From the NCBI GenBank assembly GCA_040387635.1, contig JAZKDJ010000001.1:115851-179850 (forward strand): 64,000 bases of DNA. Direction: 5' to 3'. The number at the start of each line of letters is the position of its first letter. The first letter of the stretch is position 1. Shown here piece by piece: positions 27,955 to 36,777 of this stretch. This DNA comes from Patescibacteria group bacterium (GTDB taxonomy: Bacteria; Patescibacteriota; Minisyncoccia; Phycocordibacterales; PALSA-1337). The position numbers were made by a program, and so were the translations under genes. The notes below the pieces were generated by a model. That model searched no databases and had not been told where the DNA came from. It saw nothing but the letters and a program-made list of their open reading frames with translations.

Positions 27955-28332
27955 ATGTACCATCACATGGAACAGCCAAAGAAACAGCGCAAAATTCGTC
28001 GCGACAAATTTCATTACATGAAACGCGCCGATCATGCTCGCATCTGCCAAATGGCAGTGCTTGATGGCTACGATCCCAGACACAAGATCGCCAACAAAAA
28101 CAGCGTGCTCCATGTCAAAGGAGTTACACATTCGGTGCGTAAAAAACCCGCACATATCGTGTGGCCAGTGCCACCTCAGCCGCTCCAGCAACCAAATGTC
28201 ACGCCTCTCGTTCTGCCGCAGGCTCCGACGGAGGACACTCAGGCCATGGCGGCGACCACAGGACCCATCGCGCCGAAAAAGCGTGCCCGGCCTACAGGCT
28301 CACGAAAAAAACCAACACGGTTAGCTGCTTAG
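27955..28332 (+). CDS. hypothetical basic, Pro-rich protein (G+C-rich island)
   Basis: 125-aa ORF; all three + frames are open here, but this frame ends just before a terminator hairpin. Confidence 0.35.
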   Translation: MYHHMEQPKKQRKIRRDKFHYMKRADHARICQMAVLDGYDPRHKIANKNSVLHVKGVTHSVRKKPAHIVWPVPPQPLQQPNVTPLVLPQAPTEDTQAMAATTGPIAPKKRARPTGSRKKPTRLAA

Positions 28333-28354
28333 CTTATGCTGCGCACATACCTTC

Positions 28355-28399
28355 AAATACCTCGGAGTAACGGACTTCGGGGTATTGTCATTTTTGTTT
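28355..28399 (+). terminator. rho-independent terminator after the 125-aa ORF
   Basis: AATACCTCGG...CTTCGGGGTATT hairpin, then GTCATTTTTGTTT. Confidence 0.6.
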
Positions 28400-28440
28400 C
28401 TTCCCTTTTACTTCCTTTTGCCTAAAGCTTCTATCTAATG

Positions 28441-28513
28441 TGCCAAGGACCGGGGTCGAACCGGTGACCCTTCCCTCTTCAGGGGAATGCTCTACCAACT
28501 GAGCTACCTTGGC
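28441..28513 (-). tRNA. tRNA-Phe (anticodon GAA), no encoded CCA
   Basis: acceptor GCCAAGG/CCTTGGC, D arm GCTC-AGTTGGTA-GAGC, anticodon arm TTCCC-CTGAAGA-GGGAA, T arm ACCGG-TTCGACC-CCGGT. Confidence 0.93.
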
Positions 28514-28538
28514 ATTTTCAACTCTAGCCTTTCACACC

Positions 28539-28862
28539 TTATCTTGAATTCTCAAGATTATTTGGATCAACTGGCTTGCTTCCCCATCCCGAAAAATTGA
28601 AGCCACCCAATCTCTCCATCGCACTTGGACTATCACTGTTCGCATCTCCGCCCTGAATGCCTCGATAGACATCCATGAGCTGATTCAGATACGGCATGAT
28701 GGCATAATACGAGACAACCGTAAATATCGCAATGATCAACCAGTACGCAATCTTCGTCGCACGACCCCAGCGCTGTGCGCGCCTCATGCCTCGGAGAATC
28801 TCGTTATTCTCCTCGGTAAGCTTATATGTGCGCTCTAAAAGGTTCTTTTCCTCCGGAGTCAT
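28539..28862 (-). CDS. hypothetical membrane protein
   Basis: start moved to ATG 28862 (TATACT 6 nt upstream); one TM helix (IAYWLIIAIFTVVSYYAIM). Confidence 0.5.
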   Translation of the reverse strand: MTPEEKNLLERTYKLTEENNEILRGMRRAQRWGRATKIAYWLIIAIFTVVSYYAIMPYLNQLMDVYRGIQGGDANSDSPSAMERLGGFNFSGWGSKPVDPNNLENSR

Positions 28863-28913
28863 GCGGAGAGTATAGCAGAAAGGCAAAAAAAACTAAAGCC
28901 GAATTAGAGCCGT

Positions 28914-29237
28914 TTACTGCCAGGTCCTTTTCTTGTTGATTTCCTCTTTTTCACGGAAAGCTTTTTCCAAATCTATATTGAAATGGTTGCAGATATCCAA
29001 AAGATACACAAAAACATCAGCGATCTCATGATCAAGGTGATACTCTTTCGAATTCTTGTCAGTGTGGATCTTCTGAGATTTTCTAGCAGCTTTCGCCATC
29101 TCACCGCACTCCTCGATCATAAGCATGAACATTTCTGGAACGGTTTCCTTCCCAAAACCACGCTCTATGACCATCTCGGCAATGTATTTTTGATAATCCT
29201 TCAGAGTGGGATTTTTCTTGAGAGAAAGTTTGCTCAT
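28914..29237 (-). CDS. MazG-like nucleoside triphosphate pyrophosphohydrolase (small, single domain)
   Basis: 107-aa ORF; EECGEMAKA and EIADVFVYLLDICNHFNIDLEKAF helices typical of the MazG/all-alpha NTP-PPase fold. Confidence 0.8.
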   Translation of the reverse strand: MSKLSLKKNPTLKDYQKYIAEMVIERGFGKETVPEMFMLMIEECGEMAKAARKSQKIHTDKNSKEYHLDHEIADVFVYLLDICNHFNIDLEKAFREKEEINKKRTWQ

Positions 29238-29253
29238 GAGTTGTTTTAATTAA

Positions 29254-29328
29254 TGGTGCCCCCACCAGGAATCGAACCTGGATTTTCTCCTTAGGACGGA
29301 ATTGTTCTATCCATTGAACTACAGGGGC
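29254..29328 (-). tRNA. tRNA-Arg (anticodon CCU), CCA encoded
   Basis: acceptor GCCCCTG/TGGGGGC, D arm GTTC-AATGGATA-GAAC, anticodon loop GTCCTAA on a weak 4-bp stem, T arm CCAGG-TTCGATT-CCTGG, ACCA end. Confidence 0.8.
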
Positions 29329-29374
29329 GTACTTTTTACTCAACAAATGTAGCACATCCAGTGGTAATTTAAAA

Positions 29375-29424
29375 CAAAAAGCCGCTGCCCCGGTGTTATA
29401 TTGGGGCAGCGGCTTTTTGTTTTA
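29375..29424. terminator. bidirectional terminator after glutaredoxin-like gene
   Basis: GCCGCTGCCCC-loop-GGGGCAGCGGC, 11-bp stem with A-run and T-run flanks. Confidence 0.85.
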
Positions 29425-29425
29425 G

Positions 29426-29659
29426 TTAAACCGCCAAAAGCTCCTTAAGGCGCTCTTCGTCATATCCAACCATAATATCTCCTTCGATATCCAATACAGG
29501 AACACCCATCTGACCTGTAAGATCAATCATTTCTTTTCTCTTCACAGGATCCGCAGCAACATCGATCTCAGTGTATGCAATACCCTGTGATTTCATGAAT
29601 TCCTTGGCCAAGTTGCAGTACGTGCAGGATGGTGTTGAATAGATTTTTACGTGTTTCAT
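29426..29659 (-). CDS. glutaredoxin/NrdH-like small redoxin
   Basis: 77-aa ORF; YSTPSCTYCNLAK CxxC motif, thioredoxin-fold length, GVPVL motif. Confidence 0.8.
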   Translation of the reverse strand: MKHVKIYSTPSCTYCNLAKEFMKSQGIAYTEIDVAADPVKRKEMIDLTGQMGVPVLDIEGDIMVGYDEERLKELLAV

Positions 29660-29724
29660 GTCGTTATTTGAATTATATAGTCATCATATCAGATATCAGT
29701 ACGGGTAGCGAGAATCAAACCACC

Positions 29725-30102
29725 TTATTTTTTGAGCCATTCAAGAAACCGCGCCCAAGCTCCCTTTTTCTGCTGTGCTTTAGGAATTTCCGTTGCCGAT
29801 TCATCAATTATGACCGCCACACCCTCACCCTCTCGTACCAAACGGTATTTAGTACGGAGTTCAGCATCAACGCCCTGATCAGTCTTGAGGAATGTTACCT
29901 CGTCTTTGACCGCTTCGTATTTACCATTAAGTTCAGCGGCTTCGGTTTGAGCTCTTACCAAATGTTCCTGGCTTATTCGTGCCTTCTCCTTCGCAGCGAA
30001 CACGGCTTTGATCATAAAACCAACTAGTATGATAAGTACTATTAGAGTAATAGGTGCATACAGGAGGCGTTTATTTTTTCGTTTCTTCTCTAGCTCTCGC
30101 AT
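29725..30102 (-). CDS. septum formation initiator (FtsB/DivIC-like) protein
   Basis: 125-aa ORF; N-terminal TM helix, coiled coil, then TKYRLVREGEGVAVI resembling the DivIC C-terminal motif. Confidence 0.6.
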   Translation of the reverse strand: MRELEKKRKNKRLLYAPITLIVLIILVGFMIKAVFAAKEKARISQEHLVRAQTEAAELNGKYEAVKDEVTFLKTDQGVDAELRTKYRLVREGEGVAVIIDESATEIPKAQQKKGAWARFLEWLKK

Positions 30103-30125
30103 AATAGATATAGTATACTACAGCC

Positions 30126-30245
30126 ATGTTTTATAACCCAAAGACACGAAAAAAAGCAGGGCTTGCCTTCGTTATAGTAGGACTCCTCGTCGTAGCGAGC
30201 ATGATTCTTCTGTATCTACCAGGAGTTGTAGGAATGGGATACTAA
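30126..30245 (+). CDS. candidate 39-aa single-TM micro-protein
   Basis: ATG..TAA ORF below the track cutoff: MFYNPKTRKKAGLAFVIVGLLVVASMILLYLPGVVGMGY; basic N-terminus plus one TM helix. Confidence 0.25.
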   Translation: MFYNPKTRKKAGLAFVIVGLLVVASMILLYLPGVVGMGY

Positions 30246-30252
30246 ATCCCCT

Positions 30253-32055
30253 TTAGTCCGCACGCATCATTTTAAGGAAAACTTCCTGAGGGATGTTTAC
30301 TTTTCCTTTACCGAGTTCGGCCATCTTCTTCTTTCCCTTCTTCTGCTTCTCACGGAGCTTCATTTTTCGTGTAATATCTCCTCCGTACATATGCTGAGTA
30401 ACGTCTTTTTTCATACCTGAGAGCGTTTCAGATGAGATAATTCTTCCCAAAGCTTTGGCCTGGATCTTCATAGTAAACATTTGGCGTGGAAGTACATTGT
30501 GAAGTTTCTCAACTGACTTCTTGCCATCTTCTTCTACTCGCCTTCTAGAAACAACTCTGGAGAATGCTGGAACAACCTCATCTGCAACCACAAGATCCAT
30601 TCGCACCACGTCAGCAACCCGCAGTTCACCGAGTTCATATGATATTGAAGCGTATCCAGAAGATATGCTTTTTATTTCATCAAAAAAGTTTCGCATAAGC
30701 TCTCGAAGTGGCATCACAAGCGTAATCGCTGTTCTGTTGTCACCGAAGTTTTCAGTCAAAGAAACCTCACCTTCGTGATCGAAGAGAGCCTGCATCACTG
30801 CTCCCAAATATGTTGGAGGCGTAATAATTTTCATATTCACCAACGGCTCTCGCACTTCTTTGATCTCGTGATCATCAGGGAAAAATGATGGCGAGTATAC
30901 GATCTTAGTCGTACCATTCTTCAAATCAACATGGTAAGTAATGCTTGGTAGTGTAACCACAAGGTTGAGCTGGAATTCACGCTTCAAGCGCTCAGTAATG
31001 ATTTCAAGATGGAGCATACCAAGGAAACCACATCGGAATCCTCGTCCAAGAGCTCCTGAAGATTCTTCTTCATGCGTAAACGAAGAGTCAGAGAGGCGAA
31101 GTCTTCCTAGAGCCATTTTGAGAATATCGAAATCGTCCTGGCTTTCAGGATAAATAGATGCCCAAACCACAGGTCGCGGGCTCATGTAACCAGGAAGCGG
31201 CGGTAACCTATCAGTCATAGATGAGACAGTGTCTCCAACTGATGCGATACCTGGCTGCTTGATACCTGTAACAATGTAGCCAATCTCTCCTGCGCTAATA
31301 GTGTCCTGAGGTCTTTCGTCCGGTGAGAAAGTTCCCACCTCGAGAGCGTGGAATTTCTCATCAGCGATTTTGAATTTGAGATTGGTAAGTCTTGAGACTG
31401 AACCGTTCATAACACGGACATACACAACCACTCCTTTGTGGTTAGAATATCTAAAGTCGAAAACAAGCGCTCTGAATTCATCAGTTACATCAGGCTGTGA
31501 TGGTGGCGGTACACGTTCAATCACAGCTTCAAGAAGCTCTTTGACTCCCTCTCCAGTTTTACCAGATACCTTGAGCACTTCTGATTCATCGCAATCAAGA
31601 AGCTCACACATTTCTTGTACTACTTCAGGAACTCGTGCCAAAGGAGAGTCGATTTTGCTGACGACTGGAATGATCTTGAGGCCCGTATCGCGCGCCATAC
31701 CAAGTGTTGTAAGTGTCTGAGCCTGAACGCCCTGAGTAGCATCCACAAGCAAGATAGAGCCTTCTACGGCCTTGAGAGCACGGGATACTTCGTATGAGAA
31801 GTCTATATGTCCCGGGGTATCGATAAGGTTAAGGATGTAGTCTTTGCCTCCTTTAGCAAAATTCATGCGCACCGGCTGCATCTTGATGGTAATACCCTTC
31901 TCACGCTCAAGTTCCATGCTGTCGAGCACCTGCGCCTGCATCTTGCGCTTCTCTATAGTATTAGTTATCTCAAGCATACGATCGGCCAAGGTTGATTTGC
32001 CGTGGTCAATGTGAGCGATGATGCTGAAGTTTCGTATAAGATTTGGTTCAATCAT
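30253..32055 (-). CDS. lepA: translation elongation factor 4
   Basis: 600-aa ORF; IRNFSIIAHIDHGKSTLADR G1 motif, DTPGHIDF, LepA-specific C-terminal domain. Confidence 0.97.
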   Translation of the reverse strand: MIEPNLIRNFSIIAHIDHGKSTLADRMLEITNTIEKRKMQAQVLDSMELEREKGITIKMQPVRMNFAKGGKDYILNLIDTPGHIDFSYEVSRALKAVEGSILLVDATQGVQAQTLTTLGMARDTGLKIIPVVSKIDSPLARVPEVVQEMCELLDCDESEVLKVSGKTGEGVKELLEAVIERVPPPSQPDVTDEFRALVFDFRYSNHKGVVVYVRVMNGSVSRLTNLKFKIADEKFHALEVGTFSPDERPQDTISAGEIGYIVTGIKQPGIASVGDTVSSMTDRLPPLPGYMSPRPVVWASIYPESQDDFDILKMALGRLRLSDSSFTHEEESSGALGRGFRCGFLGMLHLEIITERLKREFQLNLVVTLPSITYHVDLKNGTTKIVYSPSFFPDDHEIKEVREPLVNMKIITPPTYLGAVMQALFDHEGEVSLTENFGDNRTAITLVMPLRELMRNFFDEIKSISSGYASISYELGELRVADVVRMDLVVADEVVPAFSRVVSRRRVEEDGKKSVEKLHNVLPRQMFTMKIQAKALGRIISSETLSGMKKDVTQHMYGGDITRKMKLREKQKKGKKKMAELGKGKVNIPQEVFLKMMRAD

Positions 32056-32128
32056 ATGGAGGAATGGTAGATGCTATAGTAGCAGAAAAAGGCTCTAGAG
32101 CAAACTTGATGCGATTTTATAAGGCTCA

Positions 32129-33802
32129 TTACGTAGGAAGCTGGTCTGAAGGGCCAACATTCGCCTTCCAAACTTTTGCATGGAGCGTCCTCCAAATTTC
32201 CATCAATTCCTCGTTCTTTAGTGCACTCAACACGAGTATACCGACGATGATACCGCAAACACCAGCACTCAAACCTTGGAGAAATATTCCAGCGATGGTG
32301 CGCGTACCAAAGATCTCAGCAAATGGCCTGAGCATGCCGTATGCGACATACGCTGCGATAATAGAAGCGCCCAATGAGTGAACTCCTGAACGCCAGATGT
32401 TGGCAGTAAAGCCTTTGTAGTCTTTCTCGAACGCTATCCAATGAAGGAAGGTATTGAAAAGCACGCCGATGGTGTACGCGAGCGGCAACATCAGCACGGC
32501 TCCGTTTTCTCCAATCCTCATGAGGTTTTCGATAAAATATCTCCAGACAATTGATGTCTCATAAAGTTTAATCAATGCAAAGGCAAGAACGATAATAAGA
32601 AGTGCTGAAATAATATTCATGATGAGCGGACGGCTGGTTTTACCCTCTGCATAATAAGCTCTAACGAATATGAGCATAAGTCCCTGCCCTACAGCCGATA
32701 TGATAAAAAGAGCCAAGGCCGCTGCTGTAAGACGAGTGTCTGACCAGTCGAACTTACCAGCACCAAGAATTGTTCTTACAATCTGTGCACGAAGCACGAT
32801 ACATATAGCCGAGATCGGAATAGACCAAAAAATAATATGCTTTACTGTCGTGGCTACATGGCTGACAAATTTCTCAATATTCTTCTCCGAGAAAAACTTG
32901 GCGAGCGCTGGAAAAACCGCAGACGAATAGCTTGCCCCTACGACTGCAAGCGGTAATGACTGGAGGTTAAGGGCGAATGTGAAAATAGAAATGGAACCAG
33001 CAGTCATTCCCGAAGCGAAAGCAATGAGGAAGAATGTTGATATTTGATGAGCAGACAACGTTATAGTTCGAGGAAGCGCAGTCCTCACAATTCCCTTCAC
33101 AGCCTTCCAATCAATCGTGAAGCTGAACTTTGGGAAAAGGCCGTGCTTGATGACATATGGAACATGGACAAGGCAGTGCAGGAGTGCACCAATTACCACA
33201 CCGTAGGCGAGTCCGTCTAAGCCGAAATATGGATACAGCACTGCTATTCCCAAAATAATTCCCAAGTTATAGAGAACTGGACTCATAGCATACAAGAGAA
33301 ATCTATTCTGCATCTGAGTGATGCTTGAGAAGAAGTTCGAGAAGCCAAAGAAAATCGGTTGGAGCAACAGGATACGTGTCAGTGATACGAGATGATCGAA
33401 GGTGCCAGGGTCTGCTAATCCAGGAAGCGTAAGTGGAATGAGTTTAGGAACGAATATATAGACAATAATGCTTACCCCCACCATCACGATTGAGAACAGA
33501 CTGAATGTTGAGTCGATTATCTTTTTACCCTGTTCCTTTCCTTCCGACTGCTTCTGCATAAAGAACGGAACGAGAATAGAAGCCGCTACCATCGATGCGA
33601 GAGAAGCGAACAAGATGTCGGGAATTCTGAACGCGGCGTAATAGAGGTCGAGTGTATGTCCTGCACCAAAAGAAAAGGCCAGGAGCTTGTCACGAACGAG
33701 AGCGAGTATCTGTGAGAGAAACGTAAATATAGCAAGAAGATACGCAGCCTCGTGGAGGCCGCGTATCTCTCTTGTGAAAAGTGCCAAGATTCGTTTCACC
33801 AT
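32129..33802 (-). CDS. murJ: lipid II flippase MurJ
   Basis: 557-aa ORF with about 14 TM helices; MviN/MurJ N-terminal pattern (LSQILALVRDKLLAFSFGAGHTLDLYYAAFRIPD). Confidence 0.9.
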   Translation of the reverse strand: MVKRILALFTREIRGLHEAAYLLAIFTFLSQILALVRDKLLAFSFGAGHTLDLYYAAFRIPDILFASLASMVAASILVPFFMQKQSEGKEQGKKIIDSTFSLFSIVMVGVSIIVYIFVPKLIPLTLPGLADPGTFDHLVSLTRILLLQPIFFGFSNFFSSITQMQNRFLLYAMSPVLYNLGIILGIAVLYPYFGLDGLAYGVVIGALLHCLVHVPYVIKHGLFPKFSFTIDWKAVKGIVRTALPRTITLSAHQISTFFLIAFASGMTAGSISIFTFALNLQSLPLAVVGASYSSAVFPALAKFFSEKNIEKFVSHVATTVKHIIFWSIPISAICIVLRAQIVRTILGAGKFDWSDTRLTAAALALFIISAVGQGLMLIFVRAYYAEGKTSRPLIMNIISALLIIVLAFALIKLYETSIVWRYFIENLMRIGENGAVLMLPLAYTIGVLFNTFLHWIAFEKDYKGFTANIWRSGVHSLGASIIAAYVAYGMLRPFAEIFGTRTIAGIFLQGLSAGVCGIIVGILVLSALKNEELMEIWRTLHAKVWKANVGPSDQLPT

Positions 33803-33808
33803 ATAAGG

Positions 33809-36232
33809 CTATCGGCCGGTGCTGGTAGCTGTCGAAGTCGGACTTTTCTTGGTTGAAATAGTTTCTTCAGGAACCTCCTTGAGTGCTGGTGTAGATTCTC
33901 CATCAGCGATTCCTGTAAGAGGAGCCCTTCCTGCTCTGAGGTTCTTGAGGATGCTCTTTACCTGATCATTGTCTGGGTTAAGCTGTTCAATAATCTCGAA
34001 CTGACGTGTTGCCTCGGCCACCTTACCTAACTTAGAGAGGCTGAGTCCTGCGAAGTATCGTGCGTCTGAATACTGCTCATCTAATTCAATAGCCTTAGCT
34101 AGTATCTGTAGAGCTGCATTGTAATCCTTGGTTAAGTACGCAATTCTTCCGAGCTCGAAGTAGAGGAAAGGATTTGTCGGTGTCATGTTAATTGCCGCTG
34201 ACAAAGCTTCCGCCGCACCCTTCGTGTCTCCTTCGCTCAAAGAAATCTGAGAATAATAGTATGCCGCTTCTGTGTAATTATTCTTCATCTGAAGAGCTGC
34301 TGTAAGAAGACTCTTAGCGTCCTTTGCGTTTCCTATATTAGCTTCGAACTGCGCAAGTTCCAAGAGAACTCCTGGATTTGATGGGTTCTGTTTGATTGCT
34401 TCGCTGTATGCCCTCTCTGCGTTTTCCCTGCTGTTAGGAATCTGAAGTGGAACTAAGCTTGCTGAAATTCTAGCTTCTGTAATGTGGTTATAGTAGTTTG
34501 TTGGGTCTTTCTCAACTGCGGCTTTTGCCATGTTAACAGCGTCTGTAAGATCCTGACGGATAGCATCAACCAACGTTGCATCAGGCTTATCAGTAGAACC
34601 GAACTTCGCTCGAGCCTTCATGAGAGCGGTCTGAGCAAGTGCCTGATAATAAATATCATAGTAATCACCGTACCAGAGAGCCTTGTTGAACTTAGCGTGA
34701 GCTGAATCCACATTGTTGACCTTGAGGTCCTCAACACCACTCTGGAAGTAGACTGCACCTACGTATTTCTTTGTAGTCCAGAGACCTGCGACGACAAAGA
34801 CCAAGACAACGACGGCTGCTACTCCATTAATAATAGAGCCGAATGTCTTTGAACCTGCCATAACAACCCCTGCTGCTGACTGTGTTACTGCAGCGAGAAC
34901 TCCAAGCATTACGAAAGAAACAAAGATCATCGGATAAGCCGGAGTAAAGATCACCATTGAGACCCAGAGAAGAATGTTAGCAGTTGCTACTGTTGTGAGA
35001 ATAACTTTTCTCTCAGGAGTGCTATCACCTATCATTCGGAATGCCTTGATTATAAGGAGAAGAACACCTACGAGAAGAACAAGCCACGCTATAGTACCGA
35101 GAGCACCTTGCGTAAGCATCACTGTAGGAACATATCCGTATCCTGATGTGAACTCAATTCCCCACTGAGGCGTAGTGTTTACTGACGCTGGCTTATGAAG
35201 AAGGAATTCGTATGTGAATCGGTTTGGACCAGGACCAAATACAGGATCTGCCTTGTATACCGCAGGAGCCATCTCCAACGTCATCTGCCAAGGAAGTCTG
35301 ATTGCATTTCTGTTAACTGAGATTTCTTCAGGAGCAAAGTTGAAAAGATTCGTAGTGATCGGTCGAGTGATCGTAGTTCCTATAACTGAGAAGACGACAG
35401 CCACAACAAGTACAAGAAGCGGCCAGAAGATTGAGCCTGACAAAACCCTAGCTACAATTCCCTTTTCGGAAGGCACATCAGATGAGATGTTTGCAGCTGC
35501 GTCGCTTTTTTTGATTCTTGAAGAAACCAAAAGAACAATCAAAGAAATGAGAATAAGTGCATACCAGATAAATGGAGCATTTATGATGGCAAGGAAGAGC
35601 AATGAGACTACAAAAACAATTTTGTGGAATATTGTCTTTCGAGCTGAAGGAAGAACTAGAGAAACTAACGTTATTACAAGCGACAAAGCAAAGAAGATGC
35701 CTAGGTCATACCACGAACCGAGGACCCCTGATGTTGGATGACCGAAGAATGTACCAGCGATAAGATTTGGGAAAACAAGACGAAGAGTCTGGAATATCGC
35801 GACTACTACCCATGATGCTAGAAGCGCTTTCATGAGACCAACTGCCTGGCTATCTTTTCGAATTACAGTAAGTGTCGCATATGCCGCTGCAACAAAGACT
35901 ACGATCGCAAGTACAGTAGTTGATTCGAAGCCTTGTCCAATGAAAGACTTGTATACTGTCGGACTTACGAAACCTGAAATGATGGCTGAAAGTACAACTC
36001 CCAGCGCACCATAGAAGATAAGTCCTCTTGGGCGGACGAACCAGCCTCCTTTAAGGAAAGAAATTCCAACGCAGACAACAATCGCCGCGACTGCCAGGAT
36101 GGCTATGAGACTTTTCGTGAAATCAAACTGGAAAAGTACGGAAGGTATCCAAATAAACGGAATAATAAATACGGCTGCTGCCAAGATGCGATATGCAAAA
36201 AGAAGTAGCCGCGATGGTTGGGTGGTATCCAT
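33809..36232 (-). CDS. polytopic membrane protein with C-terminal TPR repeats (O-antigen ligase/polymerase-like)
   Basis: 807-aa ORF; more than 10 TM helices in the first ~480 aa, then about 6 TPR-like repeats; family call tentative. Confidence 0.7.
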   Translation of the reverse strand: MDTTQPSRLLLFAYRILAAAVFIIPFIWIPSVLFQFDFTKSLIAILAVAAIVVCVGISFLKGGWFVRPRGLIFYGALGVVLSAIISGFVSPTVYKSFIGQGFESTTVLAIVVFVAAAYATLTVIRKDSQAVGLMKALLASWVVVAIFQTLRLVFPNLIAGTFFGHPTSGVLGSWYDLGIFFALSLVITLVSLVLPSARKTIFHKIVFVVSLLFLAIINAPFIWYALILISLIVLLVSSRIKKSDAAANISSDVPSEKGIVARVLSGSIFWPLLVLVVAVVFSVIGTTITRPITTNLFNFAPEEISVNRNAIRLPWQMTLEMAPAVYKADPVFGPGPNRFTYEFLLHKPASVNTTPQWGIEFTSGYGYVPTVMLTQGALGTIAWLVLLVGVLLLIIKAFRMIGDSTPERKVILTTVATANILLWVSMVIFTPAYPMIFVSFVMLGVLAAVTQSAAGVVMAGSKTFGSIINGVAAVVVLVFVVAGLWTTKKYVGAVYFQSGVEDLKVNNVDSAHAKFNKALWYGDYYDIYYQALAQTALMKARAKFGSTDKPDATLVDAIRQDLTDAVNMAKAAVEKDPTNYYNHITEARISASLVPLQIPNSRENAERAYSEAIKQNPSNPGVLLELAQFEANIGNAKDAKSLLTAALQMKNNYTEAAYYYSQISLSEGDTKGAAEALSAAINMTPTNPFLYFELGRIAYLTKDYNAALQILAKAIELDEQYSDARYFAGLSLSKLGKVAEATRQFEIIEQLNPDNDQVKSILKNLRAGRAPLTGIADGESTPALKEVPEETISTKKSPTSTATSTGR

Positions 36233-36268
36233 TGTGTAATATGCTTATTAATCTACTATATAGGCAAT

Positions 36269-36277
36269 ATTATAGCA
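36269..36277 (-). promoter_or_regulatory. extended -10 box (TGCTATAAT) for the TPR membrane protein / murJ unit
   Basis: perfect TGnTATAAT 36 nt upstream of ATG 36232. Confidence 0.55.
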
Positions 36278-36288
36278 TGCAGTAAAGC

Positions 36289-36317
36289 AAAATCTCCCCA
36301 TATTCTGGGGAGATTTT
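36289..36317 (-). terminator. terminator of RNase P RNA
   Basis: ATCTCCCCA-gaata-TGGGGAGAT followed by TTTT on the minus strand. Confidence 0.8.
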
Positions 36318-36708
36318 GATGTAATTACGCCTATAAGCCGAATTCTGTATCCTTCCGATCAAGCTTGCACCTGTCGGAAGGACGACAACCATTAATCTGG
36401 GCCGGAAGTTGCCTTCCGGCTCAAGCGGCACTCCTACTTGCGTAGGCACGGCCTTGCACAGAGGTAAGGATTTAGCGCGTTGCACTCTTCCTGTTACCAG
36501 GAGACTCATCCGGATTTGCACCCGGATGCCCTCGCCTTTCGGCATGATCAGCCTTGCGACCAATCGGGCGTCTCTGTTCGCACCTCGCAGATTGCTCTGG
36601 ACGGGCGTTACCCGCTACCCTGCTGCCGCACATCTTGCGATATACAGCCTGTGTTCGGACTTTCCTCTATTCGAGCTTTCGCTCGCATAGCAGTTGTCTA
36701 ACGTAACA
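36318..36708 (-). ncRNA. rnpB: RNase P RNA, bacterial type A
   Basis: minus strand carries GAGGAAAGTCCGAACAC (P4 5' half), GGGTAACGCCCG, GCCGCTTGAGCC, CCAGATTAATGG and ACAGAATTCGGCTTATAGG (P4 3' half); ends approximate. Confidence 0.9.
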
Positions 36709-36713
36709 ATATA

Positions 36714-36719
36714 ATTATA
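36714..36719 (-). promoter_or_regulatory. -10 box (TATAAT) for rnpB
   Basis: consensus hexamer just upstream of the predicted P1 helix. Confidence 0.5.
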
Positions 36720-36723
36720 CATC

Positions 36724-36756
36724 AAAAAACATGCACTGACAAGTACATGTTTTTTG
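36724..36756 (-). terminator. terminator of nrdB
   Basis: A6-CATGTAC...GTGCATG-T6 hairpin (one mismatch) directly after the nrdB stop. Confidence 0.7.
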
Positions 36757-36777
36757 ATTATCCCTAAAATTAGATCC

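Noticed and set aside
27892-28191. 99-aa minus-strand ORF overlapping the 125-aa plus-strand ORF in the G+C-rich island, and two further + frame ORFs (28034-28324, 28161-28370)
   Set aside because: All frames are open because of the high G+C. The His/Cys/Trp/Met-rich minus translation looks non-protein-like. Only the 27955-28332 frame ends just before a plus-oriented terminator. This remains uncertain without codon statistics.
36270-36701. Three ORFs (97, 93 and 73 aa) in the G+C-rich gap between the TPR membrane protein and nrdB
   Set aside because: The region is RNase P RNA on the minus strand and all universal P4 and other conserved blocks are present. The ORFs are artefacts of a structured, G+C-rich RNA gene.
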